64,000 nucleotides of DNA from Diadema antillarum (lineage: Eukaryota): positions 1 to 64,000 of the forward strand of contig NW_027271005.1 of assembly GCF_040938485.1 (NCBI RefSeq), written 5' to 3'. A program made the position numbers and the translations under genes. Shown piece after piece: positions 1 to 12,379 of the stretch. Under the pieces are notes generated by a model, which saw only the letters and a program-made list of their open reading frames with translations, searched no databases and had not been told where the DNA came from. Position 1 is the stretch's first letter. Each line of letters opens with the position of its first letter.

Positions 1-344
1 TTGCAGTACATAAAATGCCAAGAGACAGTTTCCTTTTCTGTAGCAATTTTGCTAGAAGTATGCTAAAAGCGGACAAATTGTGCCTAGCATATACGTCGAC
101 GACGCTCGCCTCGCTTGCAGTCCCATCCCAACAGTCATGTGCATCACTTCGCACGTTGGAGAGCGCTGGCCCCGGCGCGCACAGCTCCCTGCTGTAATAT
201 GCACACATAGCTGTCTGTGTGTGCATAGAATCACAACACGTGTAGTAGTATATTGTACGATCCTGTTCTTCGTAACGACTGCATAGTAGTAATGTCTGTG
301 AATTTGAACTACTTTAAAAGCTTCAGACTGACAATCCTTCAAGT

Positions 345-3300
345 ATGAAGATGAGAGACGTAATTGGACTCTTCACCAGATCACACTGGGTTATTCACAG
401 ATCTCATCAGCCATCACGTATTGCTTCCTTTAGTTCTTATTTGTTCGGATCTTCCAGCCCTGCAGCAGCGACCACATGCCCACTGTACCCCTGCCATCAC
501 GGCAGGGCTCTGGGTACAACTCTGGTAGCGGTAGGCCTATGTGCATCCACATCGCCAGTTACAAGCGTAGGCATCTCCCATTACGGATTCCGGCAAGGTC
601 TTACTATTGCGATGCATTTCCACCGCTATACTAGCTCGTTTCAATCGACGACGTCGGTATCTTCAGCGATAAAAGAGTTAACTTCAAAATTTGAAGAAAG
701 GGCCATCCCAGAAGCAGACATTTCAGCTCAATATATTGTGGGCCACGTGTTAGGAATAAAACAGGTAGAAAAACTAACCTTAATTGCAAAGCAACTTAAC
801 ATTCCATTTCTAACATTAACAACAACGTTGGGGGGGGGGGGGGGGGGCAGACCAGGAGTTTTCACATTTTTAGAACTGAAATTCAATGATCTAGTGCACA
901 CTTGTGCAAATATAGAAATATTCAATAAAATTTTCAATGGGGTCACTTACTGTCTTGCATGTGATGTGTGCATCTTGTTTGTCTATCATATGCAGGGGTG
1001 GATCTACCTTTTTTTTTCGGGGGGGGGGGGGGAGGGGGGTTGACGCAGAGAGGGTTGACACAATGACAATATATGGTTCATGACAAGCAAAAAAAAAAAA
1101 AGATCTTCAAATTGCCACTTCTCCGTAAATCTCATGTCAAGCAAAAAGAAAAAGAAAAGAAAAACTTGGTACTGTTGAAGACACATTCAAACCCATCCCT
1201 CATCGCCTTCAAAACTGCGCTGAGGTAACTCTGGATAATGTAACTCTTCATCCAGAGATTTTTACTCGCACCTGTAAATATTTTTCACCTGATTTCAAAT
1301 TTCTGTTGCCCCGGTGCGGCGTATGCGCATGTTCTCGCAGTGCGTTCATCCTCGACCATTTGAGGGCAGCACTTTATCGGAAGAAGAAGAAGAAAAAAAA
1401 AAAAGTCTCCAGTGTCATTATTTTTGCTGTCTTTGACTCAGTAATATATTCTATGAAAAGTATGATTGAACAGTACGAGGTAAGTCAAGGACAAACAATG
1501 TCTACTACATCATGGTGTGATTTAAATAGACATACATCTAAGGGATAATCTGCTCAGTATACGGCTAGTCGGGTAAAATTCTATTTGCTATTTTCATCGT
1601 GTTTGTAAGATCCTCTGAAATTCTTTCTGCAGATTGAAAAAGATTTCAGTTATGTGTCTGTAATATCTCTCCCTTACAGTTGTCTGACTTTGAGAGAGTT
1701 GATCATACAAGGCACCTTTCTACAGTGGAGATTGAAAAACTGTCTGAAATGACTGAACAAAAACTCGCCAGGTAAGTCTAAAAATTCTTGAGCTACAATC
1801 TCCCTGTATCAAGTGTTACAAGGTTGAGTCATTTTGCGGAGGGAATTATTACAACAGTGTTTGTGAATATCAGTGATTGAATGGGTCTATCATATCACAA
1901 GAGTGTTCTCTGTTATTACTAATATAGGCAATTTTTAGATCAGTGTAGAAGAATACCTATATGTAGTAGTGCATTAATCTAATTATTTCACAAAAGCAGT
2001 ACAAGTATCACATCATAAAACAACACTGGTAACTTCTGTTGCCAGGCAAAGAAACACCAATCAAATTAATGCTGGTCTAATAAAGTAAAAACATTATTTA
2101 CAGGTAACTTAAATTCAATGTTGATTCCCCTCTAACTGGCCATGATGCCTCCTCCCAACATCTTAGAGTCAAGGTCGGACTGGTCATGATCAAAATCAAA
2201 TGGAATTATAGAGGCATGCAAAGAGTATTCTCTCTGCATTCCAATGTGTGGCAAAAAAAAAATAATAAAACAAAACAAATCATAGGATACAATAAGTAAA
2301 ATGCTTAATTTTTGTGTGAATGATAGCAGTAAATTCTAAAGAGTTTTACAGAAGGTGATGTGTAAGTTTTCATTTTACATAAACCACAAGTATTGTTTCA
2401 TGCTACTAGGATGCCACTGCCATACATCCTCGGTGAGTGGGAGTTCCGGGACATCAGCCTGATGATGAGACAGCCAGTCTTCATTCCTAGACCAGAGACT
2501 GAGGTCAGTCAGAGCTTGGAACCTAAGATTGTTATTTTAAGTTCAATCTCTTAAAAGAAGAAGAAAAAAATACCTCCGATTTGTTGGTGAATTGTACGGG
2601 TAATTAAGGTGTATCTTCACCAGTGAGAAATTATATCTGCAGAACATTAATGCCAGAACTTGTTTCAGTAACATTGTATGAATATTCCACTGGATTAAAA
2701 AGATTATGACTATGCAATACCTTTACTGTGATTCTCAAGGAAAGTTGACCTCAGTACCTCAGAGGTGACATGTTCTTTTGTATAGAGAGTTGTATAAAAA
2801 GTGGCAAAAAAAAAAAAAAAACCAGGCCAGTAAAACTTTTAATGTAACAACACATAAGAGCAAACGATGACTGTTTGAATAGTACTAGTATTGAAATCCT
2901 ACAACATATTTAAAGCATCCTGTGGGAACTGTTTTGTCTGCTGTAGAACAGTGACTGCTATTGCCCATTTCTATTAGTGTGGATACACTAAAAGGACCTT
3001 TAGTTGAAATTGATTAGCTATGATTTTTATGAAGCATATATGTTGCCCCTTTTTTTTTCTTGTTTTTGCTGGGTAAGAACTTCCCTGGCATATCTTCAGC
3101 AGAATCCTGAGGAAACTTTTCCTTAAAACGAAGATTCATGCTTAATGATATTGCATGTTGGAAATCAATACAAGGAGTTTTTTCTTTTGCCTTCAATACA
3201 TAGTCAAGTGACTTGGACAGCTCTGATATTATCCATGTTCAATACAATTTGATATGAATCACTGGCAGTCACATATTATAAACATTCTCTGACCTTTCTA

Positions 3301-6300
3301 TCGTCTCCCAAATCTTCATCTTGAGCTGTACCCTTTCCCCCACAGCTTCTCATTGAGACTAACTTTCTACCTCTGACTTAAATCTTCCTGTTGCTTTCGC
3401 TTCTGCTCATCCTCAGATGCTGATTGATCTGGTTGCAAGTCACTATGACAACACCCGAAAGCTCAAAGTCCTAGAAGTTGGCTGTGGGTCTGGTGCTATT
3501 AGCATAGCCATCCTAAAGGAATTTGAAAAGGTAAAAAAAAAAAGTACCCTTGCAAGCTATTCCTGAATCATTACGTCCTATGATTGTAATGAATCATCTG
3601 AATCTTTAATTTACTCCTTTCTTTTATTATCAATAAATTGGTTTTACAAATCTTGGTCATCCATTTTTACCCTGGATTTTGTTTTTGTTTCTTTTGTCTT
3701 CACTTTTTTCCCCCAAGACAGTCTCTGAAAGTGGTACTCTCAAATCCTTTAGACCAAACATGTTATGTCCAGAAATAGAATGGAAAAAACTGATATATCC
3801 TGATCCATTTGATCAGTTAGAGATATTTTGAATTAGATCTACTGAAAAAGCAAAGAAAGTAATGAAATTAAAATAGGATTTTGATTATATCTTCAAATGT
3901 ATCTCATGTTAAGAAATGAGTGCAGTGTCATGTGATTTTCCTTTTTTTTTTAATTGAACATGACCATCAAAAAAAGAAAAATGAAAATTGCATATACAAT
4001 GTATATTGGTTTTTGCAGTCAAAGTTTTCATATATTCTAATGTTGTTTGTTTTTGTTTTTGAGGTCTTGCGTAGTACTCTGTGAATCATACAAAGTTATA
4101 ACACTCTTAATGTTGTTTATGACAGGCACACGTGACTGCAATAGATGCTTCCCTGGATGCTGTGCAGCTTACAAGGGAGAATGCAGAAATGTGAGTTGAA
4201 AACAACTTTTATCTTTGGCCCAAACTACCTTTCTTAATTTATCATAGCAGTGACAGGAAAATACAAGTAATGGAGGTTACTTTTCATGGTTTATGTGTTG
4301 TTTCCCCTCTTTTTCGAACGAGTGGTATATGGAACAACAATGATAAAGATATGAAATTAATTAGAACAAGAAAGAATCAGTCAAAAGCATGACATGTGCA
4401 GGTAAGTTATGCAAGCATAATTAAGTAAGTGGCAGATTATAGATCACAGATGTTTGTTTTTTTTTTAATCTAAGAAACACAATTGTGTGTTAATTTTGGG
4501 ATGAGAACACTTGGGACGTCCAAATTGTTCGTGATGAGGTCATGTCTGTTTGGTTTTATCCCACCTCTAAAAAAGCCCTGGGTTAAATACCCATGAAATC
4601 TTACAACAGAATCTGCCAAGGAACAATTCTGATATGGAAGTCTTTTAAATGATATGTTTATGAACAGCCAACTGCTTCAAACATGCAGTGTTTGGAGCCT
4701 CAACTTGATTTTAGTGAGGAAAAATATGATTTATGATTAATTTTAGTTATGCCAGTGACAGCCTCCGTTGCAGATAGCTGTTAAGCCTCTGGTCTTAGTC
4801 AAGCGATTTATCATTTCCATTGCAATCCCTCTTTTCCTTCTGTCAAGGTTGGGCTTGGCAGAGCGCCTACATATTCATCACTACTCACTGACGGAGGAAA
4901 CGGTTCCTGTCAGCCTCCTTGGAGAAGGACCCAGATTTGATGCCATTGTCAGTAACCCTCCGTATGTCTTTTCTGGTGATATGGATGACCTGGAACAAGA
5001 AATTCTAAGGTAGACACTAAAAGAGTCTCGTTTGAAAGAATTTCATTATTCAATCCGAAATGAAAAGCAGTCACAACACTCAAATTTTCTCACTTTCAGT
5101 GAAAAGACTCATTGGGAGAAAAAAGAACTTCAAAGGAAGTGTATCTTTTACAGTTTATAACATGCTGTAATACCTCTGTTAAGAAAAAAAACAAACAAAT
5201 TATTGCTGCATAATTCTCATCTTTCCCTTTAGTCTTTAATGGAGGTTTTGTGTGTGTTTTTATGACTCCGCCACGAAGTGATGCTGGAGGCATTATGTTT
5301 TCGGGTTGTCCGTCCGTCCTTCCGTCCATCCGTCCGTCCGTAATGAATTTTGTGGCAAGCGTAACTAAAAAACCTTTTGAGGTATCCTAATGAAACTTGG
5401 CATGTATGTGTATTAGGGGGTGAAGTTGTGCCTATCAAATTTTGGGTGCACATGCTCAAGGTCAAAGGTCAAGGTCAAATACGTAAAATTTCACTATTTC
5501 CTCCATATCTATGCATTGCCTGAAGATATTTTCTTGAAAATTTGTGTATGCATGTATTACCCAATTAAGATTCTCTGGTGAAAGTTTGGGGTCATGAGGT
5601 CAAAGTTCAAAGGTCAAAAGGTCAAGTAGAAATATTAAGATTTCACTTTTTTCTCTGTACCTTGGAAATTGTTCAAGGTATCTTCATGGAACATAGTATA
5701 TATGTACTGACTGACAGTGATTATCTAGAGAATTTAGGTTTCATGGGGTCAAAGGTCAGGGGTCAAAGGTCAAGGGCAACACTTCAAAATTTTACTATTT
5801 CCCTCATATTTATGCAATGCCAGCAGGATTATTTTTTTTTTACTCTTGGTGTATGCATGTATAACCCAATAGAGATTCTCTGTTGAGAGTGTGCTGAACT
5901 AACTGTTTCTTCCTTATCTAGGAAATGGTTCAAGTTATTTTGTAACTTACTACATATTTTTGCATTTTTTGCCTGATGGTGATTATCTTAATATGATTTC
6001 TAGGGTCAAAGGCCAGATGAAAATGGCAACAATTTACTATTCAATACAGAAATTACACTTTTTTTCTCCATACCTTGAAAATTACTCAGTGCATAAACTT
6101 ATGAGTGGATCAAAGTCAAGTTAAAGTTCTTAAATCTCCAAATACATGCTCTCCTATCCATCCAATTAAGCCTAGGTCAAGGAAGGTGAACATTCAACAC
6201 ATTTGTGACAAACTTGTCATTATAATATTTTGCCAATTTTGTGAAAATGTAATCACACGTTATCCACATGTACTATAGACCTATTAAGAGAACCGTGCAT

Positions 6301-7451
6301 TATGGCGGAGGCATACCAGTCGCCATAGCGACATTTCTAGTTGTTTTTGTTTTAAGCAACTCATGTTCATCTCATGCACAGGGTAAACTTTGCATAGAGG
6401 CAATGTGAAGTCATCATGGACAAAATTCACTCAGCAGTGATATTGCAGTATGAACGTTTAGGAGGATATCTCAGCTTTGTTTCAGATTTTGTTTAGATAC
6501 CAAGAATTGATGTCATGTAGGTGTAAAAAATGATGCACTTGTGGTGGATTTTGACCCCTCCCCCCATGCGCCCACATGACCAGAAAATTAGAAGTTAGCT
6601 TTACTTGATTAATGATATTTAACTGTTAATAGAATTGTGTTTGTGAGATGAAAGTCATGCACACTATCCTGTCAATCTCACAATATGTTAGAGGATGACA
6701 TGCCTCAGTTTAGGGAACTGAACAGTTTTATTTTCACATTTGACATCATCAATTATCCTTGCTCATTTAGATATGAAGATTTCAATGCTTTAGAGGCTGG
6801 ACCAGAGGGGATGTCAGTAATCATCACCATCCTCCAGCAAGCCAAGCATCTCCTGAGACCTGGAGGACTTATCTGGTTGGAGACGGATACTAGGCATCAT
6901 CAGATGATCAAGGATTTGCTGGAGAAGAGGCCGGACTTTGGCGTCGTATTTCGAGAGAGCTTCTTGGACTTCACGGACAGGTGAGCATGATACCAGTAGA
7001 AACGAGTCAGAATATTCAAGCACTAATAGCAATGAATGAGTTAAATGTTGAAGCAAAACTTTTCTTGGACATACATTATATCAGTATGCAGCAACATGCA
7101 GGCTCTACCACTGTTGGCAGAAGCCCCGTTTTCTTACCCCACCTCTTAAAATGCTGTAGAAAATTACCATACTGTATCAGAAGGTATTATATACAAGTAA
7201 TCCTGCGATGCAACGCAGAGTAAGCCTTAAATTCAAACACCTGAGCACTCTGAATGGCTTCCTGTTTCCTTCTTGTATTCTCTCATACAACTACAGACCC
7301 ATGTTAAGGTGATGTCTTGTATTAAATCAAGGCATTAAATGATTATCAATGAGTGTTAAATTGAACAAAGTAATGATTGAAGTGATTATATCATCATTTT
7401 TCTTCTCTCTTGTTTAGGCCCAGATTTTGCCAGTTGGAATATGCTCCTTGA
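345..7451 (+). CDS. HEMK1: HemK/PrmC family release-factor glutamine N5-methyltransferase, 8 coding exons: 345-764, 1680-1771, 2410-2503, 3417-3530, 4126-4190, 4848-5009, 6771-6980, 7418-7451
   Basis: All introns are GT..AG with compatible phases. The spliced product has [27 protein letters not shown], the SAM-binding motif [15 protein letters not shown], the catalytic NPPY and [18 protein letters not shown]. The Arg/Ser-rich N-terminus resembles a mitochondrial transit peptide; the exact start codon is uncertain. Confidence 0.95.
5257..6342 (+). mobile_element. Non-autonomous Helentron-associated (DINE-1/HINE-like) element, family A, in HEMK1 intron 6
   Basis: T-run start; 5' subterminal TATGACTCCGCCA (5261-5273) is inverse to 3' TGGCGGAGGCATA (6303-6315); 5' hairpin; (CCGT)n microsatellite 5308-5340; 3' stem-loop GTCGC-cata-GCGAC (6319-6332), then ATTTCTAGTT. 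Confidence 0.8.
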
Positions 7452-8080
7452 GAAATCAACTTCAGCCATCAGTGATAACCGTCTCAACTGCACACCACTG
7501 ACACCAGGCACAGAAAGTCCTTAATGGCATGATGGATTTTTTGTGATGCCAGAGATCCAGGAGGCCCCCAAGCACACTGGACACAGTGATGACCCAAAGA
7601 GCTTTCACCCATTGGTCAAGCACGTGCCATCAAGATCAAGACAGATTAAGTTTGCGTTTTGGTGCTAGTATGTGTTTATGTGTGTGTGAGTGTGACTCAT
7701 GATCTTTGGATCAGATTTTCAAATCCTGCCACAACTCTGAGTTTGTAACAGACTTCCCAATGTCTGCTGTTTAACAGAGCCTCAAAGCCTGTAATGTGAC
7801 CATCCAAGCATGACTGGAACTGACTGAAAGTGAGATACCAACCATTTTGATGGTCCATCTGACTGTAGATGCAGTGCATGTGTAGTGTTAGTGTTACTAC
7901 AAGTACCTGAGGGTATTAGGGTGTTGATAGTGCAGCTATGTTGTCGTGCTAAGCGTCAGTTTTCATACATCTACTACTAGAAGGGGTTGGAATATTATGT
8001 ACTCTCAGTTTCCTGGCTAGCAGATATGATTTGCCCCAAGGATTTTAACAAAGTGGAGGATTATTTTTAGGGTTCACTAT

Positions 8081-8422
8081 TTAGTCCACAGAGTGTAAAG
8101 CATTTTCAAAGTCCATGGTAAACTCTGAGTTTATACACTGTGCCACAGCAGTGAACTCGACTTCATAAGTGGGCAACAAAATACCCTGCTTATTTGTACA
8201 TTCTGTGGAGAGCACACTCCAGTCCATGCTGTTTCTGAGATACTGTTTTCCATCACAGTCAACCACATAACTTCTTGGAAATGAACTCTCTGTTACTATT
8301 GTTGCATCTTTCCACAGTTTATTTAACATTCTCATTTTCACTTCCTCCCCTGCTTGCAGCAGTTGGAGCTCATTTGTTCCACTGTAAAATACTTCTCTCT
8401 GTGTTGATTGTTTCACTTCCAA
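8081..8422 (-). pseudogene. Gypsy-type LTR retrotransposon pol C-terminal fragment
   Basis: WKDATIV...PRSYVVDCDGKQYLRN matches the W.PA.V....PRSY.V...G..YRRN motif at the end of Gypsy pol. Confidence 0.65.
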
Positions 8423-9289
8423 CCTCTCTTTGACACTTCCCCTCCCCCCACAACTGGCATGAGCACCTTGTTAGATGTTGAAAGAGTAGTTCTTGTCCTT
8501 CCATGCAGGAGCAGTTGTGCTGGGCTGACATTTAGCCCATCAATTGGTTTGTAATGTTTGTCCAAAATGGATCTGTCCAATCACTCTTTGCTCTTTTATG
8601 TATTTTTTCTTACAACTCGGTCTGTCTTATATGGAGGCATGAGTGCAAATGACACTCCTGACACCACGTAAGGCCAAAAACAACAACAAAAATGTTTGTT
8701 TGCCCTTATAATTGTCAAAACCCAAGAGGGTCGGCAGGTGTTTTTGTGTTTTGTTTTGGTTTTTTTAGATACCCTTTTTACCCATGCAATTTTGTAACTT
8801 AAAAGTAGGACATCTCATCTCTTAATAAACTCATCCGACAGCACCATATTCACTCAGGCCTTTAATTAGGCTATGCACTAGCACCGTAAAGAAGACAAAA
8901 AAGACTAGAAGACAAGACAAGTTTTGGTCTCTATGATACTTTAATTCAATTTACATTCTCAGATGACGTTTTCTTCTATACACCAATGTATTTAATAAAT
9001 CAAAAGACAACTATAGTCATGAAAAAGTAAGTTAAGGGGGGATCTGTATTTTTTAAACTTGAATTCTGAAAATGCATGTCATCGCTGGGGTGACAAAACC
9101 TTGTATTTCCATTTTTATATAAAGAAAAATTAGATTTTATGTATCTCATAGCTTTGAATGTTTAACCCAGCGTTTTAGGCTGATATACATACCTGCACCA
9201 TGTAGGCCCCATCTGCTTCTGCGTTGCGTTGAGGAAAGTCCAGACCTTTCTTTTCCATCAAATTTATAACCCGATTGTACAGTAGATCT

Positions 9290-10444
9290 CTATCGTTTAA
9301 TACCGGGTCCGCATTTTTTTCTTTTGGGTAGTGTCTGCTGTTTGGTGGACTGCATTAGCACCTCCAGTGCATTTACGGCATGATTTGTTTCTGGCAATTC
9401 TTCAATTTCAAGTTTAAGTTTGAATAGAATATGGCGTAACTTTAATACGCTCAACACTCCAAGCGATTCGTTCAAACTAACGTCTTTCCAGGGCCTGTTG
9501 GGCGAGGCAGAAACACTAACTGACAAACACTTATAAAGGTCTTCTTTGTTGAATTTAGCAAACAGCTCCAAAAAAGAGTACTTTTCAATGAGATGCTGGC
9601 AACTCAACTGCACACAGTTTTGCTGCCATGACAGCTGGTTACGGATACTGCAAAAGTGGCCATCTTAGCAGTCGTGCTGAAACTGTCTCGGACCCAACAC
9701 TGAAAACAGTGTTTCTGTTTTATTCCGTTAAAAAGAATTGGGGGTGGTAGTCTTGTAAGGAACTCTTTCCAGTACTAAGTTACTAGACTAGGTGTAGTGC
9801 CCAACTCTCTGAGTATTAGTGTTACTACTACTAAAAGTACTAGCTAGATTATCTAGAGTAGGAATTCTTCAAAAGTGTTAGTGTTTAATACTTCTTGTTT
9901 AAGTTATATAGCAAGTTTACCTGACTCCGCTCTCTCTTGAGGAAGGCACTGCCACTGCGTTGGCATGTGTTAATATTATCTGTATCTGTAACCATGTCCG
10001 TTGTTGACTTGGCAGCATTGGGTCTGGTAGTGGTACTCTCTCTGACGCTGTCACTGCTAGTGGCATTTTTAGCGCTACCAACAGTAGAATTAGTGGTTCC
10101 AGTAGTACTAGTACCTGCACCGGTATTTGTAACACCGACACTTGTTTGTGATCCACCTTTCCCTGACGGTGCCTTTAGACTGGGGACTGCGTCGGCTTTC
10201 AGCCTGAAGTTGGTCTTGAACCCCAGTCTAGCTTTCAATAGAGAAGTTTGTTCTCGACATCCGTCAAGAAAGTGGGCACTGCAGATATGGCTGCTGTTGG
10301 TGAGCTGGAAATCGGAGCGTGTGTTCCTTACGAACTTAGCCCACTCACAAGATACAACTTGACTTCGCAAAACTTTAAAAAATTAATATTTGTGTTCGCT
10401 TTAGAATTTCTGGTACATCCTCCAACCACGCAGGAACTAGGCAG
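9290..10444 (-). pseudogene. THAP zinc-finger protein remnant (transposon-derived), frameshifted, with a probable intron 9715-9920
   Basis: xPSSCVVGGC (C-x4-C) at 10444, then a frameshift into WAKFVRNTR..SHICSAHF..LKADAVPSL (W, CxxHF and AVP of THAP). A Thr/Ser-rich linker follows, then donor CAG|GTAAA at 9921. Confidence 0.75.
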
Positions 10445-10667
10445 TGTGAAAATTATTATAGAACCTCCTCCAGGACAAACAAACACAAAGAAAAGAAAGT
10501 TAATTCCTTGAAGGCTACTATGGTACATTTTTTTATCTCTATGAGATATTAAATTAGAACTACTCCCCATTATCTGGTAGTTTGCATAATAAGCACTACT
10601 AATACTATGGTACAACATTATATCTTCATAAGATGTCAAACTAGAATATACTCCACATCCCATTATC

Positions 10668-10872
10668 ATTGTGAAATATTCTAAGTTCACTCTTCTCTGA
10701 AAATGTCAAAGTCCTATCACTGTAAAATATTCTTAAATTCAGACTGCTCTGAAAATGTCAAAGTCCTATCACTGTAAAATATTCTTAAGTTCACACTGCT
10801 ATGAAAATGCCAAAGTCTTATCACTGTAAAATATTCTTAAGTTGCCACTTCTGTGAAAATGTCAAAGTCTTG
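10668..10872. repeat. 52-bp minisatellite, about 4 copies
   Basis: TGAAAATGTCAAAGTCCTATCACTGTAAAATATTCTT recurs at 10698, 10750, ~10802 and ~10854. Confidence 0.9.
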
Positions 10873-12379
10873 AAAGCCCCGTAAGAGAGTATAACTGGAC
10901 ACCACTAGAACTAGAAATCTGCAAGTTCCAAACACAAGTTACAATTCTGGGTAGCAACAATCTGGATAACAACAATTAGACTAATCCTATGAGACAGCAT
11001 TCACCACCCTATCCCAGGTTTCCAGACCTTAATATGCATCATCGGCATCTCTCTCTTCAATAAAGAAAATTATGACCTTTCTGAATGACTTTGCCTTAAG
11101 GATTGTGAGCCTTTAACAGAAGAATTTTATTGAATAACTGGTACACAAGTCATAATCCACATTTCTATACATTGCAGCAATATTGAATGTTGCGATTATC
11201 ATATATCATGGTAAATATACAACATACTTGTCCCTACTTTATCTAGAAGCAGCGAATTTATTTTCAGCCTAAGTCAATTAGGGAAAGAAACCCCATCTTC
11301 TCAATAGAATTCACTATTTCCAATTTCTTGAATGGAAAGATCATCAAAAATTTTCCCAATTTATTTGTTTGTAGTCTCATATCTCAGCTTGTAAATTTCT
11401 AAAAGTGTTAACAACAACTGAGGGAATTGAACAATTTTAGATTTCTCTAACCTATAGCCTCAGGATCAGAGAACACTGATCAAAATAGCATGAGGGAACA
11501 TCAATATCAAAAGCATCAAAATCACCATCACCACCAGAGTAAAATTTAAGTTATTTTTAGTTAAATGGAGTTCTGCCTAATTTGGCAATTTTCTCCAATA
11601 AAATCAGCAGTTATGATAACCTATACTATGTAAGTATAATGAAATGTATGTTTTTATTTATATCCATATGTTTATTCAAATATGTAATATGCCTATAAAT
11701 GATTTTATTTGAATACATTATTTTCTTTTAAGGACTCGTGGATTAAAATCTTGTATCTTAGGATAAAGAAAACTGAGAGTATTACGTAGGGAGAGTTAGG
11801 CCTAACTAGAAACGTATTAAAAACATCGAAATAAATGCATCAGGGCTGTCTAGATCGTACTCACAAATTCAGTTCATCATATCTAAATATAATGTTTTAA
11901 TTTACTACAAAAATATAGTGTAATAAAGAAGTAGGGGACTGAAATATGAAAAAAATAAACCCTCTGATTTGTAGTCCTTGCTGCTCAATTCTAAATGTCA
12001 TAATCTAATAATATTTTATTTTCTGAACCAATGTTCATTTCTATTTCGCTTGTAATAAGTAAGAAATAAGTGCTGTGGCTGCCAGAGTATAAATCAGATA
12101 TTTCAGTATATATTCCATAATACTTATTCAATAAAATTGCTACGGAATAAAGTGTAGGCCCTTACACCTCTCTTTATACTGAGTTAAGCATCAATGCTGC
12201 CTAGGTCTAAAATGTTTCGAATATGTATTTCGGAAATCATGAAAAGTGATGCATTTCAACTGTCTGAAATATTATTTTACATTCCAATGTTCCTTCATAG
12301 TCTTCAACTTTTCAGTTGCAACTGTTCATGAAGATTGACTTTTGAGTGTACTCATTTTCACTCATTCACCCTACTGTAG

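Noticed and set aside
829-1040. Long G and C homopolymer runs (also at 19548, 22711, 29910, 55493, 63327) as G-quadruplex elements
   Set aside because: Scattered simple homopolymers typical of this genome, with lengths that are unreliable in assemblies; no specific function can be supported.
345-1043. 232-aa ORF as a complete gene
   Set aside because: Only 345-764 is exon 1 of HEMK1; the rest runs into intron sequence with G homopolymers.
345-7451. Bacterial prmC or contamination suggested by the HemK and TatD motifs
   Set aside because: HEMK1 has seven canonical introns. The TatD ORF is embedded among eukaryotic transposons, with no operon context or recognisable bacterial neighbours.
9937-10362. 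Hydrophobic Val/Leu-rich ORF on the + strand
   Set aside because: Antisense shadow of the Thr/Ser-rich THAP linker.
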